Below, one piece after another: positions 50,745 through 59,731 of a stretch of 64,000 nt of DNA (positions are counted from its first letter, which is position 1; the number at the start of each line of letters is the position of its first letter). The translations under genes and the position numbers were made by a program. The stretch comes from Syntrophales bacterium (GTDB lineage: Bacteria; Desulfobacterota; Syntrophia; Syntrophales; UBA4778): positions 109,721-173,720 of the forward strand of contig JAQTPK010000001.1 in the NCBI GenBank assembly GCA_028712885.1, written 5' to 3'. Below the pieces are notes generated by a model, which was not told the origin of the DNA, did not search any database, and was given only the letters and a program-made list of their open reading frames with translations.

Positions 50745-51194
50745 ATGAACGTGATTCTGTATGCCAAAGAAAATGAGATTTCCAGACGGGTCCTCCAGAC
50801 TGTCGAAAGCCTCTTTTCCCGCAGGCGGGTAGATTATTGCCGGAGCATAAGCGAACTGTCGCTCCGGCTTTGCCAGCCGGTCCATAACGCCCTGGTCGTG
50901 ATATTGATGGCAAGGGACAGGGCGGAACTGGAAGAGATTTTTTCCATCCAGTATCTGCTCCGCGACGTGCGGTCCGTATTAGTCCTGCCGGATCATGAAT
51001 TGGAATCCCCGGCCAAAAAGAGACTGCAGCCTCGATTCATTACGTACATGGAAAGCGAGTACCTGATAGTCGAAATAGCCGCCGTGCTGCGGAGCATGCT
51101 GGAAATCATCGTTCTCCAAAAGAGGGACCGGATTGCGAGATGGCAGGATAGGGTGCAGAACTGGATTCCATACCGTAAGATGTACGTCCACTGA
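50745..51194 (+). CDS. Hypothetical protein, possible degenerate receiver-like alpha/beta fold
   Basis: AAGGA RBS + ATG; alternating strands/helices (MNVILY, LVVILM, RSVLVLP, PRFITY) without the canonical DD/D/K residues. Confidence 0.6.
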   Translation: MNVILYAKENEISRRVLQTVESLFSRRRVDYCRSISELSLRLCQPVHNALVVILMARDRAELEEIFSIQYLLRDVRSVLVLPDHELESPAKKRLQPRFITYMESEYLIVEIAAVLRSMLEIIVLQKRDRIARWQDRVQNWIPYRKMYVH

Positions 51195-51200
51195 AATAAC

Positions 51201-51333
51201 AGTTCAGAGTCCGGAGTCCAGAGTTTTTTTAGCTCTGGACTTTTTTTGCCTTACATCGTGCTGAAAGCAGATAGGACCTCCCCCGGCACAAGCATCCAAA
51301 CCGGATTCAACTCTGGACGCCGGGCTCTGAACT
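51201..51333. repeat. Heptamer-periodic inverted repeat (25-bp arms) overlapping the 3' end of the methyltransferase gene
   Basis: AGTTCAGAGTCCGGAGTCCAGAGTT / AACTCTGGACGCCGGGCTCTGAACT, 23/25. Confidence 0.75.
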
Positions 51334-51890
51334 CGGGACTGATTCATATGGTAAACATAGATTGGATCCCCGTGGAGCGAGGAATCGGGATGGAGCACCT
51401 GGAACGGCGTCCAGCCGGGCAGGGTGAAATTGCAGGAAACCACCCTCGCCCCGGGACGCAATTCCGTCTTCAGTTTGCCTGCAAGCCTCTCCATCACATC
51501 TGGGAAAAGATAACAGAAAATTACGTCGGCGCGTGACAGGTCGGATTTCCAGAAATCACCGTAGCGGATCTCCACGTTCCTGTCCGCCAGGGATTTCAAT
51601 TTTGCCAACGAATAGGCAAGGGGGTTGATCTCGAAACCAAGCGCCCGGACTCCGTAACGGCTGCGGGCCGCCCGCAGTACCCGGCCGTCTCCGCACCCGA
51701 TATCGACCAGGAGCTCGCCGGGCCTCATTGGAACTGATTTCACGAAAGTTCTGACCCGGACGGCGGCCGAGGGGTGGAACATGGCGCCACGGGTAACGGG
51801 AAAAACTACGAGGAGGGAAAAAACAAATACAATCTTTGCGGCAACCGCTACCCCGATCACTGTCAGAATTAATGTCAGCCAGAACGGCAT
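51204..51890 (-). CDS. Membrane-anchored class I SAM-dependent methyltransferase
   Basis: N-terminal TM, GA.F.PS, VDIGCGDGR, GFEINP, ADVIFCYL, LRPGARVVS..F. Confidence 0.85.
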   Translation of the reverse strand: MPFWLTLILTVIGVAVAAKIVFVFSLLVVFPVTRGAMFHPSAAVRVRTFVKSVPMRPGELLVDIGCGDGRVLRAARSRYGVRALGFEINPLAYSLAKLKSLADRNVEIRYGDFWKSDLSRADVIFCYLFPDVMERLAGKLKTELRPGARVVSCNFTLPGWTPFQVLHPDSSLHGDPIYVYHMNQSRVQSPASRVESGLDACAGGGPICFQHDVRQKKSRAKKTLDSGL

Positions 51891-51907
51891 AATATACCTT
51901 TCAACAG

Positions 51908-52074
51908 AAATCCCAAATCCCAAGCACCAAATCCCAAACAAACCTCAAATCTGAATTTCAAAATTCCAAACATGGAAAGGCCGTCTTTACACATGCTCTG
52001 TCCTTCAAGGATTTAGAGTTTTGGGCTTTGAATTTTGAATTTGCTTGGGATTTGGTGCTTGGGATTTGGGATTT
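51908..52074. repeat. Heptamer-periodic inverted repeat (35-bp arms) between divergent genes
   Basis: AAATCCCAAATCCCAAGCACCAAATCCCAAACAAA / TTTGCTTGGGATTTGGTGCTTGGGATTTGGGATTT, 34/35. Confidence 0.85.
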
Positions 52075-52141
52075 TTTTCTTTCCATTTCAGGTTCCTCGA
52101 TGCTTTATTATCTGTTATTGTATACGCCAATGTTCGAGTTA

Positions 52142-53440
52142 ATGGAATACCTGATAAACATGCCGGCCTATGTCAAGGTCGGGACTTCTTTTTTCGGAAT
52201 ACTGCTGGCAAGCCGGGCGGGCCTTCCCCTCGGGTATGCGATTGTCCTCTTCTCGGCGGCTCTTTCCCTGTGGGCGGGCGCGGGAGGGGAGGGACTGGTC
52301 GCAGCCTTTTCAAGCCTGCTGCATGCGGAGAATTTCCTGTTGACCATTCTGGTCTTCGTTCTCCTCTTTTTTACCGAGTCCCTGGACAGGTCGGGAAGGA
52401 TTCGCGATACGATCGACAGCCTGCAGGCCATGTTCGGGAACAGAAGGCTTCTCTTTTCGGGAATGCCCGCCCTGATCGGGCTTCTTCCGATGCCGGGAGG
52501 CGCCCTGTTCTCGGCGCCTCTCGTTGCCTCGATGGATCAGGCCGGCGAGCTCGACACCCCTCATAAGGCCGCCGTCAATTACTGGTTTCGTCATATCTGG
52601 GAATACTGGTGGCCTCTGTATCCGGGCGTCATTCTTGCAGTCCGGTACTCGGAACTGCCTTACTATGCTTTTCTTGCGATCCAGTTTCCCTTTACGCTCG
52701 CCGCCGCGGCAGGCGGGTATTTTTTCATTCTCCGGAAGATAGAAAAGAGGCCCGCAGCGGCCGAGACCGGGGTCGCCCCGGTCAAGGCCTTTTCAGCGCT
52801 GGGCCCCATTCTTCTCCTGGTGGCGGTATCGGTTGCGGGGTCCGCCCTGCTTCCCTACGCCGGATGGACGGGTATTATCGCCAGCGAGATTTCAATGCTG
52901 GCCGGGCTCTTTCTTGCCCTCACGGTTGTATTCGCCGGCCGTCCCGATTCCCTGGCGCCTTCTCTTCAACTTTTCTCTCAGGGAAGCACATGGAAAATGA
53001 TCGTCCTCGTGGCCGGGATTCAGGTTTTCTCCGCCGTGCTGAAAGCCCCCGCCGGCATTGAAAACGGAACGCTGGTGACGATGATGAGAGATGAATTCGT
53101 TCAGGCCGGCATTCCCATCGTTTCCCTGATAATGCTCATTCCTTTCATATCCGGTCTTGTCACCGGAGTCGCATTCGGATTCGTCGGGACAAGCTTTCCC
53201 ATTGTATTCGCGCTTGCGGGCCCAAACCCGGATTTGGGCGCTCTGGCCGCCACGACGGCCTGTGCGTACGGGTTCGGCTATATGGGAATGATGATATCGC
53301 CCGTCCATATCTGTTTCGTGGTGACGTGCGAATATTTCCGTTCACCGCTGCTGTCGGCGTACCGTTATCTGGCCGGGCCTGTTGCCGTTGTGCTTTTCGC
53401 CTCTCTTATCCTCTCGGGTCTTTATTACCTCGCACTTTGA
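52142..53440 (+). CDS. DUF401-family multi-pass membrane protein (putative transporter)
   Basis: PALIGLLPMPGGALFSAP, NYWFRHIWEYWWPLYPG, SPVH.C motifs; start position uncertain. Confidence 0.8.
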   Translation: MEYLINMPAYVKVGTSFFGILLASRAGLPLGYAIVLFSAALSLWAGAGGEGLVAAFSSLLHAENFLLTILVFVLLFFTESLDRSGRIRDTIDSLQAMFGNRRLLFSGMPALIGLLPMPGGALFSAPLVASMDQAGELDTPHKAAVNYWFRHIWEYWWPLYPGVILAVRYSELPYYAFLAIQFPFTLAAAAGGYFFILRKIEKRPAAAETGVAPVKAFSALGPILLLVAVSVAGSALLPYAGWTGIIASEISMLAGLFLALTVVFAGRPDSLAPSLQLFSQGSTWKMIVLVAGIQVFSAVLKAPAGIENGTLVTMMRDEFVQAGIPIVSLIMLIPFISGLVTGVAFGFVGTSFPIVFALAGPNPDLGALAATTACAYGFGYMGMMISPVHICFVVTCEYFRSPLLSAYRYLAGPVAVVLFASLILSGLYYLAL

Positions 53441-53462
53441 GAATTTTACGTCGATTAATTTT

Positions 53463-53585
53463 TCACACAGACACGAAGATAACGAAGTATTATTCTCTTA
53501 ATTCATTCACACCCAATTAGCTTGAAATCCCCGTAAACATCGGATACCTTCGGACTGAATTTTTATCCTTTGTGCCTTTGTATGA
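53463..53585. repeat. Degenerate 8-9-mer periodic inverted repeat
   Basis: TCACACAGACACGAAGATAACGAAG ... CTTTGTGCCTTTGTATGA. Confidence 0.4.
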
Positions 53586-53607
53586 GGACTTGAATAAGGA
53601 GGAAGAC

Positions 53608-54261
53608 ATGAAAGGTCCGATCGAGCGCTACTGGGATTTAAAGCTGGAGGAGGCTAAAAAAAATCTGGAGAAGAACGGCTTCGAGGTTTTTATTGCGGAA
53701 AGTGCGGATGCCGTTTTGAATATCGTCAGGGAAACCGTGCTCCCGGCGGTCCGGCCCCGGACAGTTTCCTGGGGAGGCTCCATGACTCTCGCCGAAACGG
53801 GACTGCTGGACTTTTTCCGGGCTGGAAAATCGTATGAGGTTATCGATACGGCCGACAAGAACGCATCGCGGGAGGAGAACCTGGAGCGTCGCAGAAAAGC
53901 GCTCCTGGCGGACCTGTTCTTTTCGGGGACAAACGCCGTCACCGAAGACGGACGGCTGGTCAATCTCGATGCGATCGGGAACCGGGTTGCCGCCCTCGCC
54001 TACGGTCCGCGGAGCGTTGTCGTCGTCACCGGGAGGAACAAAATAGTCGCGGGCCTCGACGAGGCGGTCACGCGCATTAAGGATTACGCCGCTCCCGTGA
54101 ACTGCATGAGGCTCGATCGGAAAACCCCGTGCGCGGAGACCGCGTCCTGCGGCGATTGCGACAGCCCAGGCAGGATCTGCAACGCATGGCTGATCACCGA
54201 GAAATCCTGGCCCGCCGGGCGCATCCGGGTTGTACTTGTCAACGCCGATCTCGGCTATTAA
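53608..54261 (+). CDS. LUD-domain (lactate utilisation LutC/YkgG-like) protein with C-terminal Cys cluster
   Basis: GGSMTL, SGTNAVTEDGRLVNLD..GNRVAA..YGP, G.NKIV, TPC....C.DC..P.RIC; AAGGAGG RBS. Confidence 0.85.
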   Translation: MKGPIERYWDLKLEEAKKNLEKNGFEVFIAESADAVLNIVRETVLPAVRPRTVSWGGSMTLAETGLLDFFRAGKSYEVIDTADKNASREENLERRRKALLADLFFSGTNAVTEDGRLVNLDAIGNRVAALAYGPRSVVVVTGRNKIVAGLDEAVTRIKDYAAPVNCMRLDRKTPCAETASCGDCDSPGRICNAWLITEKSWPAGRIRVVLVNADLGY

Positions 54262-54377
54262 CAAACCCGAAGTTGAGAAGATAGGAAAACCATTCCTGTA
54301 CAGCAAGCGAATGGGTCTCTGAATCGGATTACCCGTCGCAGCTTCGACTTTTTTATTAAGGTTAAGAATCAATAGAT

Positions 54378-55277
54378 ATGGATAGAAAGCGAGAACCGGT
54401 CCGGGCGCTGGAGCTGTTCTGCGGAATAGGGGGATTCGCGGAAGCTGCTTGCGAAAAGGCGGACGTAGTCGCCGCGGTCGACCAGAGCGAGATTGCCCTG
54501 TCCGTTTACCGGCTGAACAGGCCATCGACGCCCGTAAAGGGATTCAATCTGGAGACGGTCTCTCCCGCCGTTTTGGCCGATTTCAATGCAGACATGTGGT
54601 GGCTGTCTCCTCCCTGCCAGCCCTATACCGTCCGGGGAAAGTGCCGCGATCTCGAGGACTCTCGCGCGAGCAGTCTTCGCCGTATTCTCAGCATCCTGCC
54701 GCAGGTCCGCCCCTTTTCGCTTGGATTGGAGAACGTCGAGGGCTTTGCAGCGTCGGAGGCGCGCAACTTACTCGTTTCGGTTCTGAAAAGCTGTGGGTAT
54801 CGGATTCGGGAAATCAGCCTCTGTCCGACCCGGTTCGGGGTTCCCAACCGGAGGCCGCGTTATTACCTTTTCGCTTCACTGGGGGAACTGGGCGAAATGG
54901 ATGAAGCGAAAATCAGTGAATACAGTATGCGGGATTTTCTCGACGGCAGACCTTCTCCGGAGCTTGCGCTTCCTCCCGGTATCGTGGAGCGGTTCGGCAG
55001 GGGATTGCCGACGCTCGATCCGGACGACCGGAATGCATATGCTGCATGCTTCGCTTCTTCCTACGGCAAGGCCCTGATGCATTCCGGGTCTTACCTCGTT
55101 CATAACGGCGGACTGCGGCGATTTTCTCCCGACGAGATCCTGCGCTTCCACGGCTTTCCGGCGGCGTTCAAGTGGCCCCCGAAACTCGGCTTGAGAAAGC
55201 GCTGGCATCTGGCCGGCAACAGCCTTTCCGTTTTTGTTCTGCGCCGGGCCCTCTCAATCCTGCCTCATTTCAAATAA
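54378..55277 (+). CDS. Dnmt2-like C5-cytosine methyltransferase (probable tRNA C38 methyltransferase)
   Basis: ELFCGIGG, WWLSPPCQPY, LENV.GF, P..FGVPN.RPRYY, CFASSYG (CFTxxY-like), LRRFSP.EI, GNSL. Confidence 0.82.
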   Translation: MDRKREPVRALELFCGIGGFAEAACEKADVVAAVDQSEIALSVYRLNRPSTPVKGFNLETVSPAVLADFNADMWWLSPPCQPYTVRGKCRDLEDSRASSLRRILSILPQVRPFSLGLENVEGFAASEARNLLVSVLKSCGYRIREISLCPTRFGVPNRRPRYYLFASLGELGEMDEAKISEYSMRDFLDGRPSPELALPPGIVERFGRGLPTLDPDDRNAYAACFASSYGKALMHSGSYLVHNGGLRRFSPDEILRFHGFPAAFKWPPKLGLRKRWHLAGNSLSVFVLRRALSILPHFK

Positions 55278-55298
55278 ATATTATGCCGCGGCCGAACC

Positions 55299-55401
55299 AG
55301 AAGGTAAGAAGTTGAGAGGGTAAGAAGGTGAGAGCACGGGAACGGGCAACAAAGTTCATCCTGTTTTCTTTCTCAACCTCTCACCTTGTCATCTTCTTAA
55401 C
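55299..55401. repeat. Octamer-periodic imperfect inverted repeat
   Basis: AGAAGGTA-AGAAGTTG-AGAGGGTA-AGAAGGTG ... TTCTCAACCTCTCACCTTGTCATCTTCTTAAC. Confidence 0.6.
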
Positions 55402-55800
55402 GTCAATCCTTGTTCGGGCGCAGGAATGCGCCTCCACCCGCAATTGCCCGCAGTTTCTTTTATTTGTCTTTTGCAGCCTTCCGAAGTGTATGAAAAGCTC
55501 TCCAAACCGAAGCGATCCGGAATCCTGCCGAATGTGGATTACATAAGGATCACGGCAGATTGGAGTGGCCCGGGCCGAGGTATGTTCTTTGCTTTTTAAA
55601 TTCAAAGACTCGAAAATCCTTTTCTTCTTAATGTCGAACCCTGTCCCTGGCCATGGATCAGGGACGCCCTAATCAAGCGCCCGTTTGAAGCAGTCCAGAG
55701 TCCGGTTTTCAGGTCCATCGAATTTTCTCCTCAGGTACGAATCCGGGGGCGCAGAGCCGAGAGCGGGCAGTCCGTTGACAGCCGCGAAAAGGAGGCGGGA

Positions 55801-56460
55801 ATGCGCACTGGAAGTATGCTGCGGATGCGGGGATGCTTTATGCTAGCAGTTTGTCTTTTTTCCATTTTCGGCGCGTCGGCCTGGATTACGCAGGCAGAAG
55901 CGGATCACTTCAAGGTGGGGGTATCGATCGAGAACGGCCGGCACCGCCGGTTCGATCTTTCCGTAGGGGACTTCTACGGCGTCCCCTTAAGAGAAGTGGT
56001 ATTCATGCGGGAGCGCGGCATCGACGAAGATGAAATGCCGGTTGTATTTTTCATCGCCAGGCGCGCAAAGGTTCATCCCATGGCGGTCGTGGACCTGAGG
56101 GTGCGGAGATACAGCTGGATGGACATAAGCCTGCGCTACGGGCTGCGCCCGGAAAATTTTTACTTTCACGTGACGACCACGTATATGGCGGGTCCGTACT
56201 CGCATGCCTATCGGCATTTTCGGAGCAATCCGCGAAAAAAATGGCGCAGCATCCGGCTCGACGACCGCGACATCGTCAATCTCGTCAATCTCAGGTACAT
56301 GTCGCAGCGATACCGCAGGCCGCCTGAAGACATCATGCGGATGAGGGCCGCAGGCCGGAAATTCGCGTCGATTCACGATTACGTGCACCGCAACAGATTG
56401 AGCAGGGACCGCATTGAAAAGGCGGCTTACCGGAACGAAAGGGTCCGCTGGAAAAAATAG
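55801..56460 (+). CDS. Hypothetical exported Arg-rich protein
   Basis: AGGAGG RBS, signal-peptide-like N-terminus ending AEA, 219 aa. Confidence 0.7.
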   Translation: MRTGSMLRMRGCFMLAVCLFSIFGASAWITQAEADHFKVGVSIENGRHRRFDLSVGDFYGVPLREVVFMRERGIDEDEMPVVFFIARRAKVHPMAVVDLRVRRYSWMDISLRYGLRPENFYFHVTTTYMAGPYSHAYRHFRSNPRKKWRSIRLDDRDIVNLVNLRYMSQRYRRPPEDIMRMRAAGRKFASIHDYVHRNRLSRDRIEKAAYRNERVRWKK

Positions 56461-56506
56461 GAGAGAATTCCTGCCTGATTTTTTTCACTCCTCTCTTGCA
56501 CTTCTT

Positions 56507-57553
56507 TCAACCCATATGTGCATAGCAGAATTTTCCCATCAGCTCCGCGGCCGGGGAGGGGACAGTCTTGAATATCCGGTGAACCAGGTGCGACTGCATA
56601 ATGCCCTTCTTTCGATAATCTTTCTCGCCGTAATAGAGAATCGGAAGGTCCGCGATGCGTGTACCCCAGCTGTTTTTGAAGCTGATCAGGCTTTCGTTGC
56701 CGGGATCCGTCCGGCCGAGATCGAAAATCCGGAAGCCCTCCTCACAGGCGCGGCGGATTGCCTCCCAGTACAGAAAATGAACGGGATGTAAGTGAATCTG
56801 AGTCCAGTCGGTGGCGGTGAACTCGGCGGATACGCGGTCCCTGAATTTATACAGCAGAACGGCGGCGATCGGCTTATCCTCCAGCATGGCAAGCAGCAGC
56901 TCCACGTATCCGTCCGGGGCCAGAAATTTCCACAGGGCCTCGAAAAACGCCAGGGGTTGGGGCGGGAGGCCGAGCCTTTTCCTGGTTTTCATGTTCAGAA
57001 AGTACAGGGAGCGGATGTCTTCCCGCGACTCTCCAATGCGGAGCCGGAGGGTTCCTTTAGAGGTTTTTCGTATCCGCTGGCGGATGTTGACGCGAAACGT
57101 CTTCTCCACCCGGTCGGGCTTATCCGAAAGAGGGATCTCGTGGCATTTGTAGGTTACGATGCCGGCGCTGCTTTCCGGGAACAGCGGCGTGGATTTGAAC
57201 GTACGGATTTCCAGGAAGGACGCTTTCCGGCTCCGGCGCAACGAGTCGGCGGCTCCGAGCAGGGCGGATGCGTTCCGTGTTTCCGAGACGAGAGGATCGC
57301 AAACGGTCGCAAAAGGGATGCTGACAAACCTGTTCCCGAGCAGCCAGCTCCTCACCTCGTACAGGGATAGCGCGGCACGGATCTCTCCCCCGTCCATCAC
57401 GGCGAGAACCGTTCCCTGCATGTGGCGGAAACAGCTTTCAAGCAGACGTTTCCAGCCGGCCAGATGGTAGATATACCCGCCGGGGTGCTCCCGGACAAAA
57501 TCGTCCCATCCCGGATGCGTTTCCGGGTCGATCCGGACAATGGAATTTCCCAC
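56507..57553 (-). CDS. FemAB-like GNAT-family protein
   Basis: WD.FV..HP...IYH...W, S.PF, LEIR, R..IRK, LYWEAI..AC..G...FDLGRT, FK..WG. Confidence 0.82.
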   Translation of the reverse strand: MGNSIVRIDPETHPGWDDFVREHPGGYIYHLAGWKRLLESCFRHMQGTVLAVMDGGEIRAALSLYEVRSWLLGNRFVSIPFATVCDPLVSETRNASALLGAADSLRRSRKASFLEIRTFKSTPLFPESSAGIVTYKCHEIPLSDKPDRVEKTFRVNIRQRIRKTSKGTLRLRIGESREDIRSLYFLNMKTRKRLGLPPQPLAFFEALWKFLAPDGYVELLLAMLEDKPIAAVLLYKFRDRVSAEFTATDWTQIHLHPVHFLYWEAIRRACEEGFRIFDLGRTDPGNESLISFKNSWGTRIADLPILYYGEKDYRKKGIMQSHLVHRIFKTVPSPAAELMGKFCYAHMG

Positions 57554-57719
57554 GGCGGTTTACCTCCGCAAAACGTATCTCTGTCCAAAGGTATGTTCAT
57601 CTTATCCGGGGAGTCCATCGGGAATTTCCTGGTTTCCGGAAGGCGGAAGGCTGAAAGCGGAGCGGATATTTCGGTATCAATTATCCGGGAGCCTTAGAGA
57701 CGGGAGAGCTGATTTTCTC

Positions 57720-59531
57720 TTAGATCTCAATGCGCGTGATTACGCCATGCAGTTTCCGGGCGGGGAGCTTATGAAACTGGACGAAATTCGGAGTCAATTT
57801 TTTCATATTGCTGAACAATTTCCAGATCGGATTCCGGGTGGTGATGTCCTCGATGCCGTAGAAAATGATCCGCTCCTGGATTCCGCTCTCTTTCAACAGC
57901 GCTTCTATATCGAGCACCTCCATATATCCCGCCCGGACCTCGAACGCGTCCAGGCCGGGACCGATCCCCTTCCGAAGCCCGGTATCAACGCCGTAAGGCT
58001 CATCGGTGTGGGCGATCGAGATGAGGATATTCCTTTCATAGACGATCTGGCTGCCTATGATGCAATGCGTCACATAAGGGGGTATTATATCTATCTGCCG
58101 GGTGAAGAAGAGGGCGGTCCCGGGGATCGTGCATTTGGCATAGACCTGCTCGTAGCTGATCAGGAAAGTCCCGAGCGGAAGAGGCTGCATGGACCGGAAT
58201 ATGCGTCGCTGGCCCCGCGTCCAGACGGTCATCACAGTGAGGGGAACCGCCGCCAGGATGAGCGACCAGTACGCTCCTTCCGGGATTTTGCTGAAAGTGG
58301 CGGTCAGATAAGCAAGGTCCGCGGAGAGAACAGCGGCGGCGATCGGGACTTTCCATTTCTTCGCGAAAGAAAAGACTATTATCATCAGGATGCACGTAAT
58401 AGTCATCGAGCCCGTGACGGCCAGGCCGTAAGCCGCCGCCAGATTCGAGGATTCGCGAAAGATCAGCATTATCATGAGAACGGAAAACATCAGCAGCCAG
58501 TTGACTGCAGGGATATATATCTGCGATTGCAGAATGCTGGATGTGTACCTGATCCGCAGGAGAGGCATGAGCCTGGTCGTGATTCCCTGGTACACGATGG
58601 AAAAAACGCCGCTTATTATAGCCTGAGATGCGACGATTGTAGCCAGGACGGTCAGGAGGAGAAACGGAATATAAAGCAGAGGGGCCTGGCCCCGGACCAT
58701 CTCGAACAGGAGGCTTTTCGCCCCGGGATGGGTAAGCACGAAGACCCCCTGGCCCAGGTAGCTCAGGAAGAGGGCAATGAAGACGAAGAGCCATGCCCTT
58801 AAAATCGGTGCGCGGCCGAGATGCCCCATATCGGCGTACAGGGCTTCGCCGCCGGTGGCGCAGAGGATGACTTCGGAGAGAACGAAAAATCCCGGGATTC
58901 CGTTTGTCTCGAAGAACCGCAAGGCGTACCGGGGGTCTATGGCCCTGACCATATCAGGCCTGTCCAGAATTGAGACGAGGCCGGTGACGGCCAGAGATAT
59001 AAACCAGACAAGCATAATGGGGCCGAAGGTTACGGCGACCCGTTCCGATCCCCGCGACTGAAAAATAAAAAGGGCGAGCGTAATTACGGCGGCGTAAAAA
59101 ATCAGCATATCCTGCCCGACTTTTTCCAGGCCGGGAATGAGAACCATGCCTTCAACGGCGGACAGGATGCTGATCGCGGGCGTTATTACGCCGTCGCCGA
59201 CGAGAAGAGAGACCCCCATATAGGTCAGGAAACCGGCAAATCCGACCAGCCGTCCTTTTTTCAGCAGACCGATGATGATCTCCCGGAGAACGATCTCCCC
59301 GCCCTGGCCTCTCCGGGAAAGGCTCATCGCCAGCCAGGCATACTCGACCGTGACCAGGATAGTCATCGTCCAGAATACGAGCGAAATTATGCCGAATACA
59401 TTGGCCTCGGTCGGTCTCGTGAGGGCGAAGACGACGGTCAGTGTATAGATCGGGCTCGTCCCCACGTCTCCGAAGACCAGGCCCATCGCCTTGACGATTC
59501 CGCCCCAGAAGCTTTGATGCTCTGATTTCAT
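57720..59531 (-). CDS. kup: KUP/HAK/KT potassium uptake permease
   Basis: GLVFGDVGTSPIY, GDGVITPAISILSAVEG, TGGEALYADMGH, QIYIP, LAAAYG.AV. Confidence 0.95.
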   Translation of the reverse strand: MKSEHQSFWGGIVKAMGLVFGDVGTSPIYTLTVVFALTRPTEANVFGIISLVFWTMTILVTVEYAWLAMSLSRRGQGGEIVLREIIIGLLKKGRLVGFAGFLTYMGVSLLVGDGVITPAISILSAVEGMVLIPGLEKVGQDMLIFYAAVITLALFIFQSRGSERVAVTFGPIMLVWFISLAVTGLVSILDRPDMVRAIDPRYALRFFETNGIPGFFVLSEVILCATGGEALYADMGHLGRAPILRAWLFVFIALFLSYLGQGVFVLTHPGAKSLLFEMVRGQAPLLYIPFLLLTVLATIVASQAIISGVFSIVYQGITTRLMPLLRIRYTSSILQSQIYIPAVNWLLMFSVLMIMLIFRESSNLAAAYGLAVTGSMTITCILMIIVFSFAKKWKVPIAAAVLSADLAYLTATFSKIPEGAYWSLILAAVPLTVMTVWTRGQRRIFRSMQPLPLGTFLISYEQVYAKCTIPGTALFFTRQIDIIPPYVTHCIIGSQIVYERNILISIAHTDEPYGVDTGLRKGIGPGLDAFEVRAGYMEVLDIEALLKESGIQERIIFYGIEDITTRNPIWKLFSNMKKLTPNFVQFHKLPARKLHGVITRIEI

Positions 59532-59731
59532 TGCATTCCGAACTTTAAGGCTAATCTGACTTGCGAAGCGAGGTATATATCATGCCGGCGATTTGCAGAC
59601 AATCTTATTGTTGTTGAAGGTTTGCATCCCATCCCCATCCATAAGCGCACGCCGTCTAAGGGCTATCCTGATGGAATCCACTTTCCTCAATATTTATTAT
59701 AAATGGATTTCAGAAGGAAAACAGAAATAAC

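Noticed and set aside
51891-52141. N-terminal extensions MFGIWCLGFGIS... and MNFEFAWDLVLGIWDF...
   Set aside because: They are translations of the heptamer inverted repeat; better starts exist at 51890 and about 52142
54378-55277. Restriction-modification or defence system
   Set aside because: No nuclease or vsr partner nearby, and the motifs fit Dnmt2 better than R-M methyltransferases
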